DNA from: Escherichia coli
GTDB lineage: Bacteria > Pseudomonadota > Gammaproteobacteria > Enterobacterales > Enterobacteriaceae
Assembly: GCF_003334815.1 (NCBI RefSeq)
Contig: NZ_QOWO01000002.1
Direction: 5' to 3' (one strand)
DNA length: 64,000 bases
Positions 1 through 12,238 of the stretch are shown here, one piece after another. The notes under the pieces are model-generated. The model was not told the DNA's origin and did not search any database. It saw nothing but the letters and a program-made list of their open reading frames with translations. A program made the translations under genes and the position numbers. Each line of letters opens with the position of its first letter. Within the stretch, counting starts at the first letter, position 1.

Positions 1-178
1 GCGAAGCTGGCGAATAAGCGCCGCGTGCTAACCATTTTCCCTGATGATCAACAATATCGATGGTTTCACCGAGGCTGGCTTTACCTTCCATGCGGGCAAC
101 GGCCCCGGAAAAGACCCACGGATGGCGACGAAGTAATGATTTTTCGCGCCCTTTGGCTAACACTAAACGTACACTCAT
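1..178 (-). CDS. rlmI: 23S rRNA m5C1962 methyltransferase RlmI, N-terminal part (gene continues beyond window start)
   Basis: Reverse complement of 1..178 translates [49 protein letters not shown]..., recognised as the RlmI/YccW N-terminus; ATG at 176..178 on minus strand. Confidence 0.8.
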
Positions 179-272
179 AATTTACTTTTCTGTCGATGCA
201 AAGAAATGGGCGTCATTGTCCGGAGTTTTCCATGGATTTGCAACGCGTCCATTAAGGATAAGGAGAGCAGCA

Positions 273-551
273 ATGTCGAAAGTCTGCATAATTGCCTGGG
301 TTTACGGGCGAGTTCAGGGCGTAGGATTTCGCTACACCACACAGTACGAAGCGAAAAGACTGGGTTTAACCGGGTACGCCAAAAATCTTGACGATGGCAG
401 CGTGGAAGTGGTTGCTTGCGGTGAAGAAGGGCAGGTGGAAAAATTAATGCAGTGGTTAAAGAGTGGCGGCCCGCGTTCTGCGCGTGTAGAACGGGTGCTC
501 AGCGAGCCGCATCATCCCTCGGGGGAATTAACCGATTTTCGTATCCGTTAA
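273..551 (+). CDS. yccX: acylphosphatase
   Basis: Internal ATG of ORF 60..551 gives the 92-aa protein [21 protein letters not shown]...; AGGAG Shine-Dalgarno just upstream (261..267). Confidence 0.85.
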
Positions 552-877
552 ATACATTTTACCGGTTTTGGCAGGCCAGCAATTTTGGTGGCTTGCTTAG
601 CCGGACCTTTCGGAAACAGTCGGTATAAATAGCGGCTGTTACCTTTTTCTTCGCCAAATTTATTCGCCATCGCTTTTACCAGCATACGAATCGCCGGAGA
701 AGTATTGAATTCCAGATAGAAATCACGCACAAAACGCACCACTTCCCAGTGTTCCGGTGACAGCGAAATCCCTTCGTTCTCTGCAATCACCACAGCCAGC
801 GGCTCACTCCACTGGCTGCTTTCTTTGAGATAGCCTTCGGTATCCGTTTCTATCTCTTTACCTTCGAAGATCAGCAT
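548..877 (-). CDS. tusE: sulfur relay protein TusE (DsrC-like)
   Basis: ORF 548..934; the 109-aa product from internal start [23 protein letters not shown]... ending ...GLPKPVKCI matches TusE. Confidence 0.85.
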
Positions 878-967
878 AATTATTACTACCTTAATCAGAC
901 TGGCGGCAGTGTAACAAAAAACAAAGCCCCGCATAAAGCGAGGCTATGAAAGTGTTAGCGGGTGAGA

Positions 968-1627
968 TTAATCGCGGCTAGCGAAGCCCAGAATGCTCAG
1001 CAGGCTGACGAAGATGTTGTACAGCGAAACATACAGGCTAACCGTGGCACGAATATAGTTCGTCTCACCGCCATGAATGATGTTGCTGGTTTCAAACAAG
1101 ATAGCGCCAGAGGAGATCAGAATGAAGACCGCGCTGATCGCCAGATGCAGAGCAGGCAGCTGCAGGAAGATATTCGCAACCATACCAATCAGCACCACCA
1201 CAATACCCGCCATCAGCATACCGCCGAGGAACGACATATCTTTGCGGGTGGTCAGCACATATGCAGAGCAGCAGAAGAACACTAACGCCGTTCCGCCCAG
1301 TGCCATAGCGATTACGTCACCCATTCCGGCAGACAGATAGGTGTTCAGAATAGGTCCGAGGATATAACCCAGAAAACCGGTAAAGGCGAATGCGGAGATA
1401 ATCCCGGTCGGCTTATTCGCCGTTTTATAGGTCAGGAACATCAAACCATACATACCCACCAGCGTCAGAATCAGACCCGGAGATGGCAGCATCAGCACCG
1501 TACTGGCAGTTGCGGTAATCGCCGAAAAGGCCAGCGTCAGGCTCAGCAGAAAATAGGTATTACGCAGCACCTTATGGGTGCTAAGCAGTGATGTACGGTC
1601 ATGTGAAGAACTAACAATACGATCCAT
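968..1627 (-). CDS. yccA: BAX-inhibitor family inner membrane protein, FtsH modulator YccA
   Basis: 219-aa hydrophobic multi-pass [37 protein letters not shown]..., same length as YccA. Confidence 0.9.
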   Translation of the reverse strand: MDRIVSSSHDRTSLLSTHKVLRNTYFLLSLTLAFSAITATASTVLMLPSPGLILTLVGMYGLMFLTYKTANKPTGIISAFAFTGFLGYILGPILNTYLSAGMGDVIAMALGGTALVFFCCSAYVLTTRKDMSFLGGMLMAGIVVVLIGMVANIFLQLPALHLAISAVFILISSGAILFETSNIIHGGETNYIRATVSLYVSLYNIFVSLLSILGFASRD

Positions 1628-1785
1628 TGAGTCACTCTCTATGACAGATGTAATTAATTAAGCAGCATAATGATAATGCGTAAGGGCACCCAGAAGTTTT
1701 ACCCATCTTTACGCATTTGATCTGGAACAGGTTTAACAGCGGATTATCAGGTCATTAAGCAAATATAACGCCCTGAGAATTTCGA

Positions 1786-1823
1786 CAGGCAAAAGAAAAA
1801 GGGGTTAGCATTTAGCTAACCCC
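1786..1823 (-). terminator. rho-independent terminator downstream of serT
   Basis: Hairpin GGGGTTAGC-loop-GCTAACCCC (1801..1823) followed on the minus strand by a T-rich run (reverse complement of aaaagaaaaa). Confidence 0.6.
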
Positions 1824-1833
1824 TTATCTTATT

Positions 1834-1921
1834 TGGCGGAAGCGCAGAGATTCGAACTCTGGAACCCTTTCGGGTCGCCGGTTTTCAAGACCGGTGCCTT
1901 CAACCGCTCGGCCACACTTCC
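1834..1921 (-). tRNA. serT: tRNA-Ser (anticodon UGA)
   Basis: Reverse complement reads GGAAGTGTGGCCGAGCGGTTGAAGGCACCGGTCTTGAAAACCGGCGACCCGAAAGGGTTCCAGAGTTCGAATCTCTGCGCTTCCGCCA: a class II tRNA with long variable arm, anticodon loop cU-UGA-aa, 3' CCA encoded. Confidence 0.9.
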
Positions 1922-2347
1922 GGAATGACGCGCACTATAAACATCCCGATGCGGCGTGTAAACCCCTAATTTGTTTGTTTGCCTGAAAAACAGCCAAAAG
2001 TGCATTGATAGCGTGAAATAACAGCAGATTGATCATTTCATCACCATGAATTCCTTCTCTTTTACTCGTTTAGCAACCGGCTAAACATCCCCACCGCCCG
2101 GCCAAAAGAAAAATAGGTCCATTTTTATCGCTAAAAGATAAATCCACACAGTTTGTATTGTTTTGTGCAAAAGTTTCACTACGCTTTATTAACAATACTT
2201 TCTGGCGACGTGCGCCAGTGCAGAAGGATGAGCTTTCGTTTTCAGCATCTCACGTGAAGCGATGGTTTGCCTTGCTACAGGGACGTCGCTTGCCGACCAT
2301 AAGCGCCCGGTGTCCTGCCGGTGTCGCAAGGAGGAGAGACGTGCGAT

Positions 2348-3466
2348 ATGAATAACGAGGAAACATTTTACCAGGCCATGCGGCGTCAGGGCGTTACCCG
2401 GCGCAGCTTTCTCAAATATTGTAGTCTGGCTGCCACGTCGCTGGGATTAGGCGCGGGAATGGCACCAAAGATTGCCTGGGCGCTGGAGAACAAACCGCGC
2501 ATTCCGGTGGTATGGATCCACGGTCTGGAATGCACCTGCTGTACCGAATCTTTTATCCGCTCCGCTCACCCACTGGCGAAGGACGTCATCCTTTCCCTGA
2601 TTTCCCTCGATTACGACGATACTTTGATGGCTGCCGCCGGAACCCAGGCGGAAGAAGTCTTTGAAGACATCATCACGCAATACAATGGCAAATATATCCT
2701 CGCAGTAGAAGGTAATCCGCCGCTGGGCGAGCAGGGGATGTTCTGTATCAGCAGCGGTCGACCGTTTATTGAGAAACTCAAACGTGCCGCTGCCGGAGCC
2801 AGCGCGATTATCGCCTGGGGAACCTGCGCGTCCTGGGGCTGCGTGCAGGCCGCGCGACCCAATCCGACGCAGGCAACGCCTATCGACAAAGTCATCACCG
2901 ACAAACCCATTATCAAAGTACCTGGCTGCCCGCCGATCCCGGATGTGATGAGCGCCATCATTACTTACATGGTGACCTTTGATCGCTTGCCAGATGTCGA
3001 CAGAATGGGCCGTCCGCTGATGTTCTATGGTCAGCGAATCCACGATAAATGCTATCGCCGCGCCCACTTCGACGCCGGAGAGTTCGTCCAGAGTTGGGAT
3101 GATGACGCTGCCCGCAAAGGTTACTGCCTGTACAAAATGGGCTGCAAAGGGCCTACCACCTATAACGCCTGTTCCTCCACACGCTGGAATGATGGCGTTT
3201 CTTTCCCAATCCAGTCTGGTCACGGCTGCCTGGGCTGTGCGGAAAATGGTTTCTGGGATCGCGGTTCGTTCTACAGCCGCGTGGTCGATATTCCGCAAAT
3301 GGGTACTCATTCCACCGCCGATACCGTCGGTTTAACCGCGCTTGGCGTGGTGGCAGCGGCTGTTGGTGTGCACGCAGTCGCCAGCGCCGTTGACCAGCGC
3401 AGACGTCATAACCAGCAACCTACAGAAACCGAACATCAGCCAGGCAATGAGGATAAACAGGCATGA
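2348..3466 (+). CDS. hyaA: [NiFe] hydrogenase 1 small subunit (Tat signal RRSFLK)
   Basis: ORF 2321..3466; 372-aa product from [29 protein letters not shown]... with twin-arginine motif and Cys clusters; stop overlaps hyaB start (ATGA). Confidence 0.9.
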   Translation: MNNEETFYQAMRRQGVTRRSFLKYCSLAATSLGLGAGMAPKIAWALENKPRIPVVWIHGLECTCCTESFIRSAHPLAKDVILSLISLDYDDTLMAAAGTQAEEVFEDIITQYNGKYILAVEGNPPLGEQGMFCISSGRPFIEKLKRAAAGASAIIAWGTCASWGCVQAARPNPTQATPIDKVITDKPIIKVPGCPPIPDVMSAIITYMVTFDRLPDVDRMGRPLMFYGQRIHDKCYRRAHFDAGEFVQSWDDDAARKGYCLYKMGCKGPTTYNACSSTRWNDGVSFPIQSGHGCLGCAENGFWDRGSFYSRVVDIPQMGTHSTADTVGLTALGVVAAAVGVHAVASAVDQRRRHNQQPTETEHQPGNEDKQA

Positions 3467-5256
3467 GCACTCAGTACGAAACTCAGGGATACACCATCAA
3501 TAATGCCGGACGCCGCCTGGTGGTCGACCCGATTACGCGCATCGAAGGCCACATGCGCTGCGAAGTGAATATTAACGATCAGAATGTGATCACCAATGCC
3601 GTCTCCTGCGGCACCATGTTTCGCGGGCTGGAGATCATCCTACAAGGGCGCGACCCGCGCGATGCGTGGGCGTTCGTTGAACGTATCTGCGGCGTCTGTA
3701 CTGGCGTACACGCCCTGGCTTCGGTTTACGCCATCGAAGATGCTATCGGTATTAAAGTGCCGGACAACGCCAATATCATCCGCAACATTATGCTGGCAAC
3801 GCTCTGGTGCCACGATCATCTGGTGCACTTCTATCAGCTTGCCGGGATGGACTGGATCGATGTGTTAGATGCGCTGAAAGCCGACCCGCGGAAAACCTCC
3901 GAACTGGCGCAAAGTCTCTCCTCTTGGCCGAAATCATCCCCTGGCTATTTCTTCGACGTACAAAACCGCCTGAAAAAATTTGTTGAAGGCGGGCAGTTGG
4001 GGATCTTCCGCAATGGCTACTGGGGGCACCCGCAGTACAAACTGCCGCCAGAAGCTAACCTGATGGGCTTTGCCCACTATCTCGAAGCTCTCGATTTCCA
4101 GCGTGAAATTGTCAAAATCCACGCGGTCTTTGGCGGTAAAAACCCGCATCCAAACTGGATTGTCGGCGGGATGCCTTGCGCCATCAACATTGACGAAAGC
4201 GGCGCGGTCGGGGCAGTCAATATGGAACGCCTGAACCTGGTGCAGTCAATTATCACCCGCACGGCGGACTTCATTAACAACGTGATGATCCCCGACGCCT
4301 TAGCCATCGGTCAGTTCAACAAACCGTGGAGCGAAATCGGCACTGGTCTTTCTGATAAATGCGTTCTCAGCTACGGCGCATTCCCGGATATTGCCAACGA
4401 CTTTGGCGAGAAAAGTCTGCTGATGCCTGGCGGCGCGGTGATTAACGGCGACTTCAACAATGTGCTGCCAGTGGATTTGGTTGATCCGCAGCAGGTGCAG
4501 GAGTTTGTCGACCACGCCTGGTATCGATATCCCAACGATCAGGTCGGGCGTCATCCGTTCGATGGCATCACCGACCCGTGGTACAACCCCGGCGATGTCA
4601 AAGGCAGCGATACCAACATTCAGCAGCTGAATGAACAGGAACGCTACTCGTGGATCAAAGCGCCACGCTGGCGCGGTAACGCGATGGAAGTGGGGCCGCT
4701 GGCGCGCACGTTAATCGCTTATCACAAAGGCGATGCTGCGACCGTTGAGTCGGTCGATCGCATGATGTCGGCGTTGAACCTGCCGCTTTCCGGTATCCAG
4801 TCAACGTTAGGCCGCATTTTGTGCCGCGCGCACGAAGCGCAGTGGGCCGCAGGTAAGTTGCAGTATTTCTTCGACAAGCTGATGACCAACCTGAAAAACG
4901 GCAATCTCGCCACTGCTTCCACGGAAAAATGGGAACCTGCAACCTGGCCGACAGAGTGCCGTGGTGTCGGTTTTACCGAAGCGCCGCGCGGGGCGTTAGG
5001 CCACTGGGCCGCCATTCGCGATGGCAAGATTGATCTCTACCAGTGCGTGGTGCCGACCACCTGGAACGCCAGCCCGCGCGATCCCAAAGGGCAGATTGGC
5101 GCTTATGAAGCGGCGCTGATGAACACCAAAATGGCGATCCCCGAGCAACCGCTGGAGATCCTGCGTACTCTGCACAGCTTTGACCCGTGCCTCGCCTGTT
5201 CAACACACGTGCTGGGCGACGACGGTAGCGAGCTGATCTCCGTGCAGGTGCGTTAA
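3463..5256 (+). CDS. hyaB: [NiFe] hydrogenase 1 large subunit
   Basis: 597-aa [33 protein letters not shown]... with N-terminal RxCGxC and C-terminal DPCxxC Ni-Fe ligand motifs (ends ...[10 protein letters not shown]). Confidence 0.92.
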   Translation: MSTQYETQGYTINNAGRRLVVDPITRIEGHMRCEVNINDQNVITNAVSCGTMFRGLEIILQGRDPRDAWAFVERICGVCTGVHALASVYAIEDAIGIKVPDNANIIRNIMLATLWCHDHLVHFYQLAGMDWIDVLDALKADPRKTSELAQSLSSWPKSSPGYFFDVQNRLKKFVEGGQLGIFRNGYWGHPQYKLPPEANLMGFAHYLEALDFQREIVKIHAVFGGKNPHPNWIVGGMPCAINIDESGAVGAVNMERLNLVQSIITRTADFINNVMIPDALAIGQFNKPWSEIGTGLSDKCVLSYGAFPDIANDFGEKSLLMPGGAVINGDFNNVLPVDLVDPQQVQEFVDHAWYRYPNDQVGRHPFDGITDPWYNPGDVKGSDTNIQQLNEQERYSWIKAPRWRGNAMEVGPLARTLIAYHKGDAATVESVDRMMSALNLPLSGIQSTLGRILCRAHEAQWAAGKLQYFFDKLMTNLKNGNLATASTEKWEPATWPTECRGVGFTEAPRGALGHWAAIRDGKIDLYQCVVPTTWNASPRDPKGQIGAYEAALMNTKMAIPEQPLEILRTLHSFDPCLACSTHVLGDDGSELISVQVR

Positions 5257-5274
5257 CAGCGAAGGAGAATCATC

Positions 5275-5982
5275 ATGCAACAGAAAAGCGACAACGTTGT
5301 CAGCCACTATGTCTTTGAAGCGCCAGTGCGCATCTGGCACTGGTTGACGGTGTTATGCATGGCGGTGTTGATGGTCACCGGATACTTTATCGGCAAGCCG
5401 CTACCTTCCGTCAGCGGCGAGGCGACGTATCTGTTCTATATGGGCTACATCAGGTTAATTCACTTCAGCGCCGGGATGGTTTTTACCGTGGTTTTGCTGA
5501 TGCGGATCTACTGGGCTTTTGTTGGCAATCGATACTCCCGCGAGCTGTTTATCGTGCCGGTATGGCGTAAAAGCTGGTGGCAGGGCGTGTGGTATGAAAT
5601 CCGCTGGTATCTGTTTCTGGCAAAACGTCCGAGTGCCGATATAGGCCATAATCCCATCGCCCAGGCGGCGATGTTCGGCTATTTCCTGATGTCGGTCTTT
5701 ATGATCATCACTGGTTTTGCGCTGTACAGCGAACACAGCCAGTACGCTATTTTTGCGCCGTTCCGTTATGTGGTGGAATTTTTCTACTGGACGGGTGGCA
5801 ACTCAATGGACATTCACAGCTGGCATCGGCTGGGGATGTGGCTGATTGGCGCGTTTGTGATCGGTCATGTCTACATGGCGCTGCGTGAAGACATCATGTC
5901 CGACGACACGGTGATCTCCACCATGGTCAACGGCTACCGTAGCCACAAATTTGGCAAAATAAGTAACAAGGAGCGTTCATGA
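5275..5982 (+). CDS. hyaC: hydrogenase 1 cytochrome b subunit
   Basis: 235-aa hydrophobic ORF directly downstream of hyaB; matches HyaC. Confidence 0.9.
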
Positions 5983-6566
5983 GCGAGCAACGCGTGGTGG
6001 TCATGGGGCTGGGCAACCTGCTGTGGGCCGATGAAGGCTTCGGCGTGCGGGTGGCGGAACGGCTGTATGCCCATTACCACTGGCCCGAGTATGTGGAGAT
6101 TGTCGATGGCGGTACTCAGGGACTGAACTTGCTGGGGTATGTCGAAAGCGCCAGCCATCTGTTGATTCTCGATGCCATTGACTACGGGCTGGAACCTGGA
6201 ACGCTGCGAACCTATGCCGGAGAACGCATTCCGGCTTATCTCAGCGCGAAGAAAATGAGCCTGCATCAGAACAGTTTCTCCGAAGTGTTGGCGCTGGCGG
6301 ATATCCGCGGACATCTGCCAGCACATATTGCCCTCGTCGGTCTGCAACCCGCAATGCTCGACGACTACGGCGGTAGCCTGAGCGAACTGGCACGGGAGCA
6401 ACTGCCCGCTGCGGAACAGGCGGCGCTGGCGCAGCTTGCTGCGTGGGGAATTGTGCCGCAACCGGCTAATGAATCGCGCTGTCTCAATTATGACTGTCTG
6501 TCGATGGAAAATTACGAAGGCGTTCGCTTGCGCCAGTACCGGATGACACAGGAGGAGCAGGGATGA
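5979..6566 (+). CDS. hyaD: hydrogenase 1 maturation endopeptidase
   Basis: 195-aa [28 protein letters not shown]..., HybD/HyaD-type protease; start overlaps hyaC stop. Confidence 0.9.
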
Positions 6567-6961
6567 GCAACGACACGCCATTTGATGCGTTGTGGCAACG
6601 AATGCTGGCGCGCGGCTGGACGCCAGTCAGTGAATCCCGTCTTGACGACTGGCTTACGCAAGCGCCAGACGGCGTGGTGTTATTAAGCAGTGACCCGAAA
6701 CGCACGCCAGAGGTCAGCGATAATCCGGTAATGATTGGCGAATTACTGCGCGAGTTTCCCGACTATACATGGCAGGTGGCGATTGCTGACCTTGAGCAGA
6801 GCGAAGCCATCGGCGATCGCTTTGGCGTCTTTCGCTTTCCTGCCACTTTAGTGTTTACCGGCGGAAACTATCGCGGCGTGCTGAATGGTATTCACCCGTG
6901 GGCGGAACTGATAAACCTGATGCGCGGGCTTGTCGAACCGCAGCAGGAGCGTGCCTCATGA
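6563..6961 (+). CDS. hyaE: hydrogenase 1 accessory protein HyaE
   Basis: 132-aa ORF, translationally coupled to hyaD. Confidence 0.88.
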
Positions 6962-7815
6962 GCGAAACTTTTTTCCATCTGCTGGGGCCAGGAACGCAAC
7001 CGAACGATGACAGTTTCAGCATGAATCCACTGCCGATCACCTGTCAGGTGAATGATGAACCGAGTATGGCGGCCCTGGAGCAATGTGCTCACAGCCCGCA
7101 GGTGATTGCGCTGTTAAACGAGTTACAACATCAACTAAGCGAACGCCAACCGCCGTTGGGCGAGGTGCTGGCAGTCGATCTGTTAAATCTCAACGCCGAC
7201 GATCGTCACTTTATCAATACGCTTCTCGGGGAAGGGGAAGTGTCAGTGCGCATTCAGCAGGCTGACGACAGTGAAAGTGAAATACAGGAGGCGATCTTCT
7301 GCGGATTATGGCGGGTGCGCAGACGTCGCGGCGAAAAGTTGCTGGAGGACAAACTGGAGGCTGGCTGCGCGCCGCTGGCGTTGTGGCAGGCGGCAACGCA
7401 AAATCTCTTGCCGACAGATTCGCTGTTACCGCCGCCCATTGATGGCCTGATGAATGGCCTACCGTTGGCGCATGAGTTACTGGCACATGTACGTAACCCC
7501 GACGCGCAGCCGCACAGCATTAATCTGACGCAATTACCCATCAGCGAGGCTGATCGGCTTTTTCTCTCACGTCTCTGTGGGCCGGGAAATATTCAGATTC
7601 GTACCATTGGCTATGGCGAGAGCTATATCAACGCCACGGGGTTACGCCATGTCTGGCATTTACGCTGTACGGACACCTTAAAAGGCCCGTTACTGGAAAG
7701 TTATGAAATCTGCCCAATACCGGAAGTGGTGCTGGCAGCGCCAGAAGATTTGGTCGACTCTGCGCAGCGGCTTAGCGAGGTATGTCAGTGGCTGGCGGAA
7801 GCTGCACCGACGTAA
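6958..7815 (+). CDS. hyaF: hydrogenase 1 accessory protein HyaF
   Basis: ORF 6898..7815; 285-aa product from internal ATG ([14 protein letters not shown]...) overlapping hyaE stop. Confidence 0.85.
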   Translation: MSETFFHLLGPGTQPNDDSFSMNPLPITCQVNDEPSMAALEQCAHSPQVIALLNELQHQLSERQPPLGEVLAVDLLNLNADDRHFINTLLGEGEVSVRIQQADDSESEIQEAIFCGLWRVRRRRGEKLLEDKLEAGCAPLALWQAATQNLLPTDSLLPPPIDGLMNGLPLAHELLAHVRNPDAQPHSINLTQLPISEADRLFLSRLCGPGNIQIRTIGYGESYINATGLRHVWHLRCTDTLKGPLLESYEICPIPEVVLAAPEDLVDSAQRLSEVCQWLAEAAPT

Positions 7816-7948
7816 AAAGACGGTAAGTATCGCTTTCAGTCTTATGAATATCGCAATCGGCGAATACCTCTGGTCGTAGAGTTTCAGGATAAAGAGGGAG
7901 ATCTACCATTATCGGGTTATTTTTCTCTCTTCGCCTACAGGAGTGCGC

Positions 7949-9493
7949 ATGTGGGATGTCATTGATTTATCGCGCTGGCAGTTTGCTCTGACCGCGCTGT
8001 ATCACTTTTTATTTGTACCCCTTACCCTGGGGCTGATTTTTTTGCTGGCTATTATGGAAACCATTTACGTGGTCACCGGCAAAACAATCTACCGCGATAT
8101 GACGCGCTTCTGGGGTAAGCTCTTCGGTATCAATTTTGCTCTTGGCGTGGCTACCGGCCTGACCATGGAGTTTCAGTTTGGTACTAACTGGTCATTCTAT
8201 TCCAACTATGTGGGCGATATTTTTGGCGCACCGCTGGCGATGGAAGCATTAATGGCCTTCTTCCTCGAATCCACCTTTGTCGGGCTGTTCTTCTTCGGCT
8301 GGCAACGGCTGAATAAATACCAGCACCTGCTGGTGACGTGGCTGGTGGCGTTCGGTTCAAATCTCTCTGCGTTGTGGATATTGAATGCCAACGGTTGGAT
8401 GCAATACCCGACCGGTGCGCATTTTGATATCGACACCCTGCGTATGGAGATGACCAGCTTCAGCGAGCTGGTCTTTAATCCGGTCAGCCAGGTGAAATTT
8501 GTGCACACCGTAATGGCGGGCTACGTGACCGGGGCCATGTTTATTATGGCGATCAGCGCCTGGTATTTACTGCGCGGACGGGAGCGCGATGTCGCATTAC
8601 GCTCGTTTGCCATCGGTTCCGTCTTCGGTACTCTGGCGATTATCGGTACCCTGCAACTCGGAGACAGTTCTGCGTATGAAGTCGCGCAAGTACAACCGGT
8701 AAAACTGGCGGCGATGGAAGGGGAGTGGCAAACGGAACCTGCACCTGCACCGTTCCATGTGGTTGCCTGGCCGGAACAGGATCAAGAGCGTAACGCCTTT
8801 GCCCTCAAAATTCCCGCGCTGCTAGGGATCCTCGCCACTCACTCATTAGATAAACCCGTGCCGGGTCTGAAGAATTTGATGGCTGAAACCTACCCACGCT
8901 TGCAACGCGGACGTATGGCCTGGCTGTTAATGCAGGAAATATCGCAAGGCAATCGTGAGCCGCATGTGTTGCAGGCATTCCGGGGACTGGAAGGTGACCT
9001 GGGCTACGGCATGTTGCTCTCCCGCTATGCGCCGGATATGAATCATGTCACAGCCGCACAGTACCAGGCGGCGATGCGTGGCGCGATACCTCAGGTTGCG
9101 CCGGTATTCTGGAGTTTCCGCATCATGGTGGGCTGTGGTTCCCTGCTGCTACTGGTGATGCTGATTGCGCTTGTCCAGACGCTGCGTGGCAAAATCGACC
9201 AGCATCGCTGGGTGCTGAAAATGGCGCTCTGGAGTTTGCCGTTGCCGTGGATTGCGATTGAAGCCGGGTGGTTTATGACCGAGTTTGGTCGTCAGCCGTG
9301 GGCGATACAGGACATCTTACCGACATACTCCGCGCACTCCGCTTTAACCACAGGACAACTGGCTTTCTCACTGATCATGATCGTAGGGCTTTACACCCTG
9401 TTCTTAATCGCCGAAGTCTACCTGATGCAGAAATATGCCCGTCTGGGGCCGAGCGCGATGCAGAGTGAACAACCGACGCAGCAACAGGGGTAA
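7949..9493 (+). CDS. appC: cytochrome bd-II ubiquinol oxidase subunit I
   Basis: ORF 7943..9493; 514-aa CydA-family membrane protein starting [26 protein letters not shown]. Confidence 0.9.
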
Positions 9494-9504
9494 AGGAGAA
9501 AATC

Positions 9505-10641
9505 ATGTTTGATTATGAAACATTGCGCTTCATCTGGTGGCTGCTGATTGGCGTGATCCTGGTGGTCTTTATGATCTCCGACGGATTTGACATGGGGATC
9601 GGCTGTCTGCTGCCGCTGGTGGCGCGTAATGATGATGAACGCCGGATAGTGATAAACAGCGTTGGTGCACACTGGGAAGGCAACCAGGTCTGGTTGATCC
9701 TCGCTGGTGGGGCATTATTTGCCGCCTGGCCCAGAGTGTATGCAGCGGCGTTTTCCGGCTTTTATGTGGCGATGATCCTGGTGCTGTGCTCACTGTTCTT
9801 CCGCCCGCTGGCCTTTGATTATCGCGGAAAAATCGCCGATGCACGCTGGCGTAAAATGTGGGACGCCGGTCTGGTCATCGGCAGTCTGGTGCCGCCGGTA
9901 GTCTTCGGTATCGCCTTCGGCAACTTGTTGCTCGGCGTGCCGTTTGCCTTCACACCGCAATTACGCGTGGAGTATCTCGGCAGCTTCTGGCAACTGCTGA
10001 CGCCATTCCCTTTATTGTGCGGATTGCTCAGCCTTGGGATGGTGATTTTGCAAGGTGGCGTCTGGTTACAACTGAAAACTGTTGGTGTGATTCATCTGCG
10101 TTCACAGCTGGCGACCAAACGCGCTGCACTGTTGGTGATGCTGTGCTTTTTGCTGGCGGGTTACTGGCTGTGGGTCGGTATTGATGGCTTTGTACTGCTC
10201 GCCCAGGATGCTAACGGTCCTTCCAATCCGTTAATGAAACTGGTGGCAGTGCTACCTGGTGCCTGGATGAATAATTTTGTCGAGTCGCCCGTTTTGTGGA
10301 TCTTCCCGCTGCTGGGATTCTTCTGCCCATTGCTGACGGTGATGGCGATTTATCGTGGTCGCCCGGGTTGGGGATTTTTGATGGCATCATTGATGCAATT
10401 TGGCGTGATTTTCACGGCAGGCATCACGCTGTTCCCCTTTGTCATGCCGTCAAGCGTGAGTCCGATCTCCAGCCTGACGTTGTGGGACAGTACTTCCAGT
10501 CAGCTGACGCTGAGCATTATGTTGGTAATCGTGCTGATATTTTTGCCCATTGTGTTGCTCTACACTCTCTGGAGCTACTACAAAATGTGGGGGCGCATGA
10601 CAACAGAAACTCTCCGCCGTAACGAAAACGAGTTGTACTAA
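9505..10641 (+). CDS. appB: cytochrome bd-II ubiquinol oxidase subunit II
   Basis: 378-aa CydB-family polytopic membrane ORF immediately downstream of appC. Confidence 0.9.
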
Positions 10642-10653
10642 GGAGCAGAAACA

Positions 10654-10746
10654 ATGTGGTATTTACTTTGGTTCGTCGGCATTTTGTTGATGTGTTCGCT
10701 CTCCACCCTTGTGTTGGTATGGCTGGACCCGCGTCTGAAAAGTTAA
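10654..10746 (+). CDS. appX: small cytochrome bd-II accessory peptide (CydX-like, 30 aa)
   Basis: ATG at 10654 preceded by AGGAG; translates MWYLLWFVGILLMCSLSTLVLVWLDPRLKS, a single-TM peptide typical of CydX/AppX; not in the ORF track because it is under the length cutoff. Confidence 0.7.
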   Translation: MWYLLWFVGILLMCSLSTLVLVWLDPRLKS

Positions 10747-10825
10747 CGAACGTAGGCCTGATGCGGCGCATTAGCATCGCATCAGGCAATCAATAATGTC
10801 AGATATGAAAAGCGGAAACATATCG

Positions 10826-12124
10826 ATGAAAGCGATCTTAATCCCATTTTTATCTCTTCTGATTCCGTTAACCCCGCAATCTGCATTCGCTCAGAGTGAG
10901 CCGGAGCTGAAGCTGGAAAGTGTGGTGATTGTCAGTCGTCATGGTGTGCGTGCTCCAACCAAGGCCACGCAACTGATGCAGGATGTCACCCCAGACGCAT
11001 GGCCAACCTGGCCGGTAAAACTGGGTTGGCTGACACCGCGCGGTGGTGAGCTAATCGCCTATCTCGGACATTACCAACGCCAGCGTCTGGTAGCCGACGG
11101 ATTGCTGGCGAAAAAGGGCTGCCCGCAGTCTGGTCAGGTCGCGATTATTGCTGATGTCGACGAGCGTACCCGTAAAACAGGCGAAGCCTTCGCCGCCGGG
11201 CTGGCACCTGACTGTGCAATAACCGTACATACCCAGGCAGATACGTCCAGTCCCGATCCGTTATTTAATCCTCTAAAAACTGGCGTTTGCCAACTGGATA
11301 ACGCGAACGTGACTGACGCGATCCTCAGCAGGGCAGGAGGGTCAATTGCTGACTTTACCGGGCATCGGCAAACGGCGTTTCGCGAACTGGAACGGGTGCT
11401 TAATTTTCCGCAATCAAACTTGTGCCTTAAACGTGAGAAACAGGACGAAAGCTGTTCATTAACGCAGGCATTACCATCGGAACTCAAGGTGAGCGCCGAC
11501 AATGTCTCATTAACCGGTGCGGTAAGCCTCGCATCAATGCTGACGGAGATATTTCTCCTGCAACAAGCACAGGGAATGCCGGAGCCGGGGTGGGGAAGGA
11601 TCACCGATTCACACCAGTGGAACACCTTGCTAAGTTTGCATAACGCGCAATTTTATTTGCTACAACGCACGCCAGAGGTTGCCCGCAGCCGCGCCACCCC
11701 GTTATTAGATTTGATCAAGACAGCGTTGACGCCCCATCCACCGCAAAAACAGGCGTATGGTGTGACATTACCCACTTCAGTGCTGTTTATCGCCGGACAC
11801 GATACTAATCTGGCAAATCTCGGCGGCGCACTGGAGCTCAACTGGACGCTTCCCGGTCAGCCGGATAACACGCCGCCAGGTGGTGAACTGGTGTTTGAAC
11901 GCTGGCGTCGGCTAAGCGATAACAGCCAGTGGATTCAGGTTTCGCTGGTCTTCCAGACTTTACAGCAGATGCGTGATAAAACGCCGCTGTCATTAAATAC
12001 GCCGCCCGGAGAGGTGAAACTGACCCTGGCAGGATGTGAAGAGCGAAATGCGCAGGGCATGTGTTCGTTGGCAGGTTTTACGCAAATCGTGAATGAAGCA
12101 CGCATACCGGCGTGCAGTTTGTAA
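10826..12124 (+). CDS. appA: periplasmic phytase / acid phosphatase (histidine acid phosphatase, RHGxRxP)
   Basis: ORF 10796..12124; 432-aa product from MKAILIPFLSLLIPLTPQSAFA (signal peptide) with RHGVRAPT active-site motif. Confidence 0.9.
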   Translation: MKAILIPFLSLLIPLTPQSAFAQSEPELKLESVVIVSRHGVRAPTKATQLMQDVTPDAWPTWPVKLGWLTPRGGELIAYLGHYQRQRLVADGLLAKKGCPQSGQVAIIADVDERTRKTGEAFAAGLAPDCAITVHTQADTSSPDPLFNPLKTGVCQLDNANVTDAILSRAGGSIADFTGHRQTAFRELERVLNFPQSNLCLKREKQDESCSLTQALPSELKVSADNVSLTGAVSLASMLTEIFLLQQAQGMPEPGWGRITDSHQWNTLLSLHNAQFYLLQRTPEVARSRATPLLDLIKTALTPHPPQKQAYGVTLPTSVLFIAGHDTNLANLGGALELNWTLPGQPDNTPPGGELVFERWRRLSDNSQWIQVSLVFQTLQQMRDKTPLSLNTPPGEVKLTLAGCEERNAQGMCSLAGFTQIVNEARIPACSL

Positions 12125-12135
12125 TGCATAAAAAA

Positions 12136-12159
12136 GAGCATTCAGTTACCTGAATGCTC
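12136..12159. terminator. intergenic hairpin between convergent appA and etk (candidate bidirectional terminator)
   Basis: Inverted repeat GAGCATTCAG-ttac-CTGAATGCTC flanked by an A-run on the plus strand (T-run on minus). Confidence 0.5.
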
Positions 12160-12190
12160 TGAGGCTGATGACAAACGAAGAACTGTCTAA

Positions 12191-12229
12191 TGCGTAGACC
12201 GGAAAAGGCGTTCACGCCGCATCCGGCCA
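12191..12229. repeat. REP (repetitive extragenic palindrome) element
   Basis: Sequence GTAGACCGGAAAAGGCGTTCACGCCGCATCCGGCC matches the enterobacterial REP consensus. Confidence 0.6.
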
Positions 12230-12238
12230 CTTTCAGTT

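Noticed and set aside
1834-1921. A tRNA gene as a possible integration site for a genomic island or prophage.
   Set aside because: serT is flanked directly by core genes (yccA, hyaA); there is no integrase, no direct repeat of the tRNA 3' end, and no compositionally atypical block next to it.
2158-2355. 65-aa ORF in the serT-hyaA intergenic region.
   Set aside because: It falls in the hya promoter/leader and runs into the hyaA start; no ribosome-binding site or recognisable protein features.
2447-3310. 287-aa minus-strand ORF antisense to hyaA, with similar antisense ORFs inside hyaB, torS (24019..24546), torC (27535..28050, 28054..28776), torA (29445..30158), putA (e.g. 46015..46515) and efeO.
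   Set aside because: Each lies entirely within a well-supported gene on the opposite strand, has no recognisable protein features, and is the usual by-product of GC-rich coding sequence.
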